A stretch of 64,000 nt of DNA from an uncultured Verrucomicrobiae bacterium (GTDB lineage Bacteria > Verrucomicrobiota > Verrucomicrobiia > Limisphaerales > Palsa-1400). The position numbers and the translations under genes were made by a program. The stretch covers positions 32,001-96,000 of the forward strand of contig CAVPOM010000006.1 in NCBI GenBank assembly GCA_963707025.1, read 5' to 3'. Positions 59,488 through 64,000 of this stretch are shown here, one piece after another. Every line of letters begins with the position of its first letter. The first letter of the stretch is position 1. Under the pieces are notes generated by a model, which was not told the DNA's origin, ran no database searches, and worked only from the letters and a program-made list of their open reading frames with translations.

Positions 59488-60123
59488 ATGGATAATTTTC
59501 TGGTGCCGATGGTGGTCGAACAAACGGGCCGCGGGGAACGCGGCTATGACATTTATTCGCGGTTGCTGCGGGACCGGATTGTTTTTTTGGGCACGCCGGT
59601 GGATGACATGGTGGCCAACCTGATCATTGCCCAGTTGCTCTTCCTGCAGATGGACGATCCGAAGAAGGACATCCATCTTTACGTCAATTCGCCGGGGGGG
59701 AGCGTGACGGCGGGGCTGGCGGTGTATGACACGATGCAGTTTTTGACCTGCGACGTGAACACGTATTGCATCGGGCAAGCGGCGAGCATGGGGGCCATCC
59801 TGCTGTGCGGGGGCACGAAAGGCAAACGGTTCGCGCTGCCCAATTCCAACATCATGATCCACCAGGTGCTGGGCGGGGCGGAAGGGGCGGCCAGCGACGT
59901 GGAAATCCGGGTCAAGTACATGCTCAAGCTCAAGCACCGCCTCAATTCGATCATCGCCAAACACACCGGCAGGGCGTTTGAACAGGTGGAAAAGGACTGC
60001 GACCGGGATAATTTTATGACGGCGCCCGAGGCCAAGGAGTACGGGCTGGTGGATGAAGTGGTGCAGTCGCGCAAGGAAATTCCGGGTTTGACGGATGGAA
60101 AGACAAATGCCCTCATTCCGTAG
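59488..60123 (+). CDS. clpP: ATP-dependent Clp protease proteolytic subunit
   Basis: [48 protein letters not shown]. Confidence 0.97.
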   Translation: MDNFLVPMVVEQTGRGERGYDIYSRLLRDRIVFLGTPVDDMVANLIIAQLLFLQMDDPKKDIHLYVNSPGGSVTAGLAVYDTMQFLTCDVNTYCIGQAASMGAILLCGGTKGKRFALPNSNIMIHQVLGGAEGAASDVEIRVKYMLKLKHRLNSIIAKHTGRAFEQVEKDCDRDNFMTAPEAKEYGLVDEVVQSRKEIPGLTDGKTNALIP

Positions 60124-60131
60124 ATTTCAGC

Positions 60132-60479
60132 ATGGCGCAACCTAATAACATCACGCTCTGTAGTTTCTGCGGCAAATCGTACGGGGAGGTCAAAAAGATG
60201 GTTGCCGGCCCCGGCGTCCGTATTTGCGACAATTGCATCAAACTTTGCCACAGCGCGCTCACGGGGCGCCCCGACAACCGCACGCTTTGCAGTTTCTGCG
60301 GGAGAACCCAGGCGGAAGTCAAGATGCTTATTCCCGGCCGCGGCGTTTATATTTGCGAAAAGTGCGTTGTGCTGTGCAAGAGTGTGCTGGACAAGGAGTT
60401 TGCGGCGGATGCCCGGAAGAAGGCGGCCCAGGAAATTCCGGGATTGACCGATGGAAAAACCAATGCCATCATGTCGTAG
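60132..60479 (+). CDS. Stand-alone protein with two ClpX-type C4 zinc fingers and a ClpP-derived tail
   Basis: CSFCGK..ICDNC and CSFCGR..ICEKC; ends [12 protein letters not shown] like ClpP. Confidence 0.85.
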   Translation: MAQPNNITLCSFCGKSYGEVKKMVAGPGVRICDNCIKLCHSALTGRPDNRTLCSFCGRTQAEVKMLIPGRGVYICEKCVVLCKSVLDKEFAADARKKAAQEIPGLTDGKTNAIMS

Positions 60480-60487
60480 ATTCCGAT

Positions 60488-61780
60488 ATGGCGCGACCCA
60501 ACAACATCACTCTTTGCAGCTTCTGCGGCAAATCGCACGCGGAGGTCAAGAAGCTGATTGCCGGCCCCGGCGTCTTTATTTGCGACAATTGCATCACGCT
60601 GTGCAAGAGTGTGCTGGACAAGGAGCTTTCGGCGGACAGCCGCAAAACGGCGACCAAATTCAGTCCGCCCAAACCGCACGAAATCAAAGCGCACCTGGAC
60701 CGGCATTGCGTGGGCCAGGACCACGCCAAGAAAACGCTGGCGGTGGCGGTGCATAATCATTTCAAGCGGATCATGCAGGATCCGCCTGTGGAGCCGGGAA
60801 AAGGGGGCGACGAACTGGGGGCGGCCCGGCACGCGGAAGTGGAGATAGAGAAAACGAACATTCTGCTGATCGGGCCGACCGGTTCGGGCAAAACGCTCCT
60901 GGCCCGCACCCTGGCCAAAATCCTGGACGTGCCTTTTGCCATCGCCGACGCGACCACCCTGACCGAAGCGGGCTACGTGGGCGAGGACGTGGAGAACATC
61001 ATTTTGCGCCTGCTCCAGAATGCGGACTACGATGTGAAACGGGCGCAGATGGGGATTGTCTATATTGATGAGATAGACAAGATCGCGCGCAAGACGGAAA
61101 ACGTGTCCATCACGCGCGACGTGTCGGGCGAAGGGGTGCAGCAGGCGCTGCTCAAGATCCTGGAAGGCACGGTCTGCAACGTGCCGCCGCAAGGCGGGCG
61201 CAAGCATCCGCAGCAGGAATACATCCGGGTGGACACCAGCGGGATCTTGTTCGTCTGCGGCGGGGCGTTCATCGGGCTGGAAAAGATCATTCAACGGCGG
61301 CTGGGCAACCGGGTGATGGGCTTTGGCGCGGTGGAACAGGGGCACAAAATCACCTCGGTGGACCGGGACAAGGTCCTGCAATTTGTGGAACCGGAGGATT
61401 TGATCGCGTTTGGTTTCATTCCCGAATTTGTGGGCCGCCTGCCCATGACGACGGTGCTGGAGGAGCTGACGGAAGGGCAACTGGTCAGCATCCTGACGGA
61501 AACGAAAAACGCCCTGGTGCGGCAGTACGCCAAACTGATGGCGATGGAGGGGATAGAACTGGAATTCACCGAGGACGCGGTGCGCGAACTGGCGGCGCAG
61601 GCGATGAGAAAAGGGACCGGGGCGCGAGCCTTGCGCAGCTTGCTGGAGAAGTTGATGCTGGATGTGATGTTCGAGTCCCCGTCGAGCGACGACATTGCGG
61701 GCATCAAGATCACCCGGCCGGTGGTGTTGGGGGAGACCAAGCCCTTGCTGCGGCGCAAGCCCAATCAGGCGGCCGCCTGA
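60488..61780 (+). CDS. clpX: ATP-dependent Clp protease ATP-binding subunit
   Basis: CSFCGK zinc finger, [29 protein letters not shown] loop, TGARALR. Confidence 0.97.
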   Translation: MARPNNITLCSFCGKSHAEVKKLIAGPGVFICDNCITLCKSVLDKELSADSRKTATKFSPPKPHEIKAHLDRHCVGQDHAKKTLAVAVHNHFKRIMQDPPVEPGKGGDELGAARHAEVEIEKTNILLIGPTGSGKTLLARTLAKILDVPFAIADATTLTEAGYVGEDVENIILRLLQNADYDVKRAQMGIVYIDEIDKIARKTENVSITRDVSGEGVQQALLKILEGTVCNVPPQGGRKHPQQEYIRVDTSGILFVCGGAFIGLEKIIQRRLGNRVMGFGAVEQGHKITSVDRDKVLQFVEPEDLIAFGFIPEFVGRLPMTTVLEELTEGQLVSILTETKNALVRQYAKLMAMEGIELEFTEDAVRELAAQAMRKGTGARALRSLLEKLMLDVMFESPSSDDIAGIKITRPVVLGETKPLLRRKPNQAAA

Positions 61781-61788
61781 GCACCTCC

Positions 61789-61881
61789 TGTCGCGGCGGT
61801 CTGTGACCGCCGCACTTCAAGAACGGCGGGGCATTTTTCCGAAGAATAATAATGCGACGGTCATAGACCGCCGCTACAGTG
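61789..61881. repeat. REPIN-like inverted pair of GTAG-type REPs left of the RAYT
   Basis: GCGGCGGTCTGTGACCGCCGC and GCGACGGTCATAGACCGCCGCTAC. Confidence 0.85.
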
Positions 61882-61889
61882 GATGCGAC

Positions 61890-62369
61890 ATGACTGAGCG
61901 CCTGCACCGGCTGGAACGCGTCTATCTCCAAAGCCCGGCTTATTTTTTGACATGCTGCACCGCGGCCCGGCAACCGCTGCTTGCGTCTCAACAAATCCAC
62001 GACGCGTTTTTACAATTCTGCCGTGCAGCTTTGCCAAGAAACATTTTCGTGGCCCGCTACGTTCTGATGCCCGATCATCTTCACCTCTTCGTGAAATTCT
62101 CAGATCTCGCGCCCGATCTCTCTTCCTGGGTAAAGAGCCTGAAGAATTCATTATCCAAGACGCTCCGTGAGTCTGGCCACCCATCTCCGCACTGGCAGAA
62201 GGGCTTCTTCGATCATATCGTTCGCGACACTGAATCGTATTCCGAAAAATGGCTGTCCATGGCGGAAAATCCTGTTCGTGCCGGATTGGTCAAGGACAGG
62301 ACGGAATGGCCCTGGCAAGGGGAAGTATATCCATTACGACTTGATGAAAACCGTAGCGGCGGTCTGTGA
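61890..62369 (+). CDS. REP-associated tyrosine transposase (RAYT, Y1 HUH)
   Basis: YFLTCCT, YVLMPDHLHL, WQKGFFDHIVR, ENPVRAGLV, EWPW; flanked by REP palindromes. Confidence 0.92.
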   Translation: MTERLHRLERVYLQSPAYFLTCCTAARQPLLASQQIHDAFLQFCRAALPRNIFVARYVLMPDHLHLFVKFSDLAPDLSSWVKSLKNSLSKTLRESGHPSPHWQKGFFDHIVRDTESYSEKWLSMAENPVRAGLVKDRTEWPWQGEVYPLRLDENRSGGL

Positions 62370-62508
62370 CCGCCGCAGATCGAGGTTTGGGGGCGGATTT
62401 AGCCGATGAAGCATAGTGCGACGGTCATAGACCGCCGCTACAAATTAAGGAATTGAGGCATTTTTCCGAAGAATAATAATGCGGCGGTCCTGGACCGCCG
62501 CTACAGTG
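62352..62508. repeat. Three GTAG-type REPs right of the RAYT
   Basis: CGTAGCGGCGGTCTGTGACCGCCGC; GCGACGGTCATAGACCGCCGCTAC; GCGGCGGTCCTGGACCGCCGCTAC. Confidence 0.85.
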
Positions 62509-62513
62509 ATGGG

Positions 62514-63689
62514 ATGGAATTCGAGCCGGAAAAGTTCATCTCGCGGGCGGTGGCGGCCATCCCGCGGTCGGGCATCCGCGATTTTTTTGACATCGTCCAG
62601 AGCATGAAGGATGTCATCTCGCTTGGGGTGGGGGAGCCGGATTTTGTCACGCCCTGGCACATTCGCGAGGCGGCGATTTACGCGCTGGAACGGGGCCGGA
62701 CCGGCTACACCTCCAACTTGGGCCTGCTGTCCTTGCGGGAAGCGATCGCGGCGAGCGTGAGCCAACATTTCAAGGCAGACTACGACCCGGCGCGGGAAAT
62801 CCTGGTCGCGGTGGGTGTGAGTGAGGCGATGGACCTGGCCTTCCGCGCCCTGCTCAATCCGGGCGAGGAGGTGATCTATCACGAACCCTGTTACGTCAGC
62901 TATGCGCCGGGCATCGCCCTGGCCGGCGGGGTGCCGGTGGCCGTCTCCTGCCGGCCGGAGCACGCCTTTTCCGTGACGGCGGCGGCCATCGAAAGAGCGG
63001 TCACGCCGAAAAGCAAGGTGCTGGTGTTGAATTTTCCGACCAACCCGACCGGCGGCACGATGGAGCGCGGGGAATTGGAAAAAATCGCGCGCTTGGTCCG
63101 GCGGCACAACCTGGCGGTCATCACCGACGAAATTTATTCCGAACTGACCTTTGAAGGCGAACACGTCAGCGTGGCGGCGCTGCCCGGCATGAAAGAGCGC
63201 ACGGTTTTCCTGCACGGTTTCTCCAAGGCCTACGCCATGACGGGCTTTCGCATCGGCTACGCCTGCGGCCCGGCGGCGCTGATTGACGCGATGATGCGCA
63301 TTCACCAGTATTCCATGCTGTGCGCCAGCATCATCAGCCAGGAAGCGGCCTTGGAAGCCATTCAACATGGCGAAGCCGACACGCTGGAAATGCGCGAGCA
63401 GTACCGCGCCCGTCGGAATTTTATCGTCAGCGCCTTCAACGGCATGGGGCTGCCCTGCCATCTGCCGCGGGGTTCCTTTTACGCTTTTCCGTGCATCCAA
63501 TCCACCGGGCTGAGTGCAAAGGACTTCGCGCGCCAATTGCTGGAGGCGGAGAAAGTGGCCTGCGTGCCCGGCAGCGCCTTCGGCCCGACGGGGGAAGGCT
63601 ATCTGCGCTGCTGTTTTGCCACCGCGCTGGATCGGATTGAAGTGGCGGTCGAACGGATGGCGCGGTTTGTCAAGCGAGTCCGTTCGTAG
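62514..63689 (+). CDS. Class I/II PLP-dependent aminotransferase
   Basis: SGIRDFFD, ISLGVGEPDF, FPTNPTG, DEIYSEL, GFSKAYAMTGFRIGY, VPGSAFG. Confidence 0.93.
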   Translation: MEFEPEKFISRAVAAIPRSGIRDFFDIVQSMKDVISLGVGEPDFVTPWHIREAAIYALERGRTGYTSNLGLLSLREAIAASVSQHFKADYDPAREILVAVGVSEAMDLAFRALLNPGEEVIYHEPCYVSYAPGIALAGGVPVAVSCRPEHAFSVTAAAIERAVTPKSKVLVLNFPTNPTGGTMERGELEKIARLVRRHNLAVITDEIYSELTFEGEHVSVAALPGMKERTVFLHGFSKAYAMTGFRIGYACGPAALIDAMMRIHQYSMLCASIISQEAALEAIQHGEADTLEMREQYRARRNFIVSAFNGMGLPCHLPRGSFYAFPCIQSTGLSAKDFARQLLEAEKVACVPGSAFGPTGEGYLRCCFATALDRIEVAVERMARFVKRVRS

Positions 63690-63706
63690 TGCGGGCGGGT
63701 CGGGCC

Positions 63707-63811
63707 GGGCGGGACTGAGTCGAGCCGTGACTTTTGCCCAAGAAATCGAGTTTCGGCTCGACGGAGTCTCGCCCTACCGTCGTGCGGCGGGCAGAGACTG
63801 CCCGCCCTACC
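63707..63811. repeat. Cluster of other GTAG-type REP hairpins between convergent genes
   Basis: GGGCGGGACTGAGTCGAGCCG...CGGCTCGACGGAGTCTCGCCCTACC; GGCGGGCAGAGACTGCCCGCCCTACC. Confidence 0.65.
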
Positions 63812-63837
63812 ATCCATAACCAACGCTTTGCCCGGGA

Positions 63838-63999
63838 TCAAAGGGCTTCCGCCACCAAATCACCGACTTGCGAGGTGGTGTAACCCATCTTGCCGGCGGC
63901 CAGGCTTTTGACTTTCTCGCGGGTGACTTTGATCACCGCCGTCTCAATGGCCTGGGCCGCCTTGTGCTCGCCCAGGAAAGCGAGCATCATCTGCCCGGC
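63838..63999 (-). CDS. C-terminus of an isopropylmalate/isocitrate dehydrogenase family enzyme (probably LeuB); not in the ORF track
   Basis: Manual translation: AGQMMLAFLGEHKAAQAIETAVIKVTREKVKSLAAGKMGYTTSQVGDLVAEAL*. Confidence 0.8.
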   Translation of the reverse strand, partial: AGQMMLAFLGEHKAAQAIETAVIKVTREKVKSLAAGKMGYTTSQVGDLVAEAL

Positions 64000-64000
64000 G

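Noticed and set aside
60224..60487. 88-aa N-terminal extension of ClpX suggested by the ORF track
   Set aside because: It overlaps the double zinc-finger gene in another frame; ATG 60488 gives a normal ClpX start.
1..64000. tRNA, rRNA or riboswitch genes
   Set aside because: None recognised by eye; a covariance-model search (Infernal/Rfam) would be needed to exclude them.

Overview
GC-rich bacterial window whose gene repertoire (PEP-CTERM proteins, prepilin-like H-X9-DG proteins, large secreted LamG/autotransporter-repeat protein, NHL-Ig protein) points to Verrucomicrobiota, probably a Pedosphaera/Limisphaera-like lineage (inference). Housekeeping genes lie at the ends (accA, manA; clpP, clpX, aminotransferase, leuB-like). 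Between them are: an R-M island (truncated N-MTase, C5-MTase in frame with a BsuBI/PstI-type endonuclease); two complete IS4-family elements with ends and target duplications; a sugar-nucleotide operon whose split transketolase is separated by a four-helix-bundle gene bounded by inverted heptamer arrays; a metal-transport operon with an RGPP leader; and an extended locus combining arabinofuranosidases, GH27, an S9 peptidase and hydroxyproline catabolism. The most unusual items are (1) a Y1/HUH transposase bounded by 25-bp inverted ends with stuttered AAGGGGTC motifs that recur around two PEP-CTERM genes (candidate gene-cassette system), (2) an FGE-sulfatase/CLec gene with a DGR-like NNC-codon variable region and no RT in the window, (3) an IS4 carrying a divergent passenger ORF, inserted in a REP palindrome, and (4) a stand-alone double ClpX zinc-finger gene created by duplication of the clpP/clpX junction. 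About nine single-base frameshifts in unrelated genes suggest sequencing or assembly indels, so pseudogene calls are made cautiously. All family assignments come from motif recognition by eye, not database searches.
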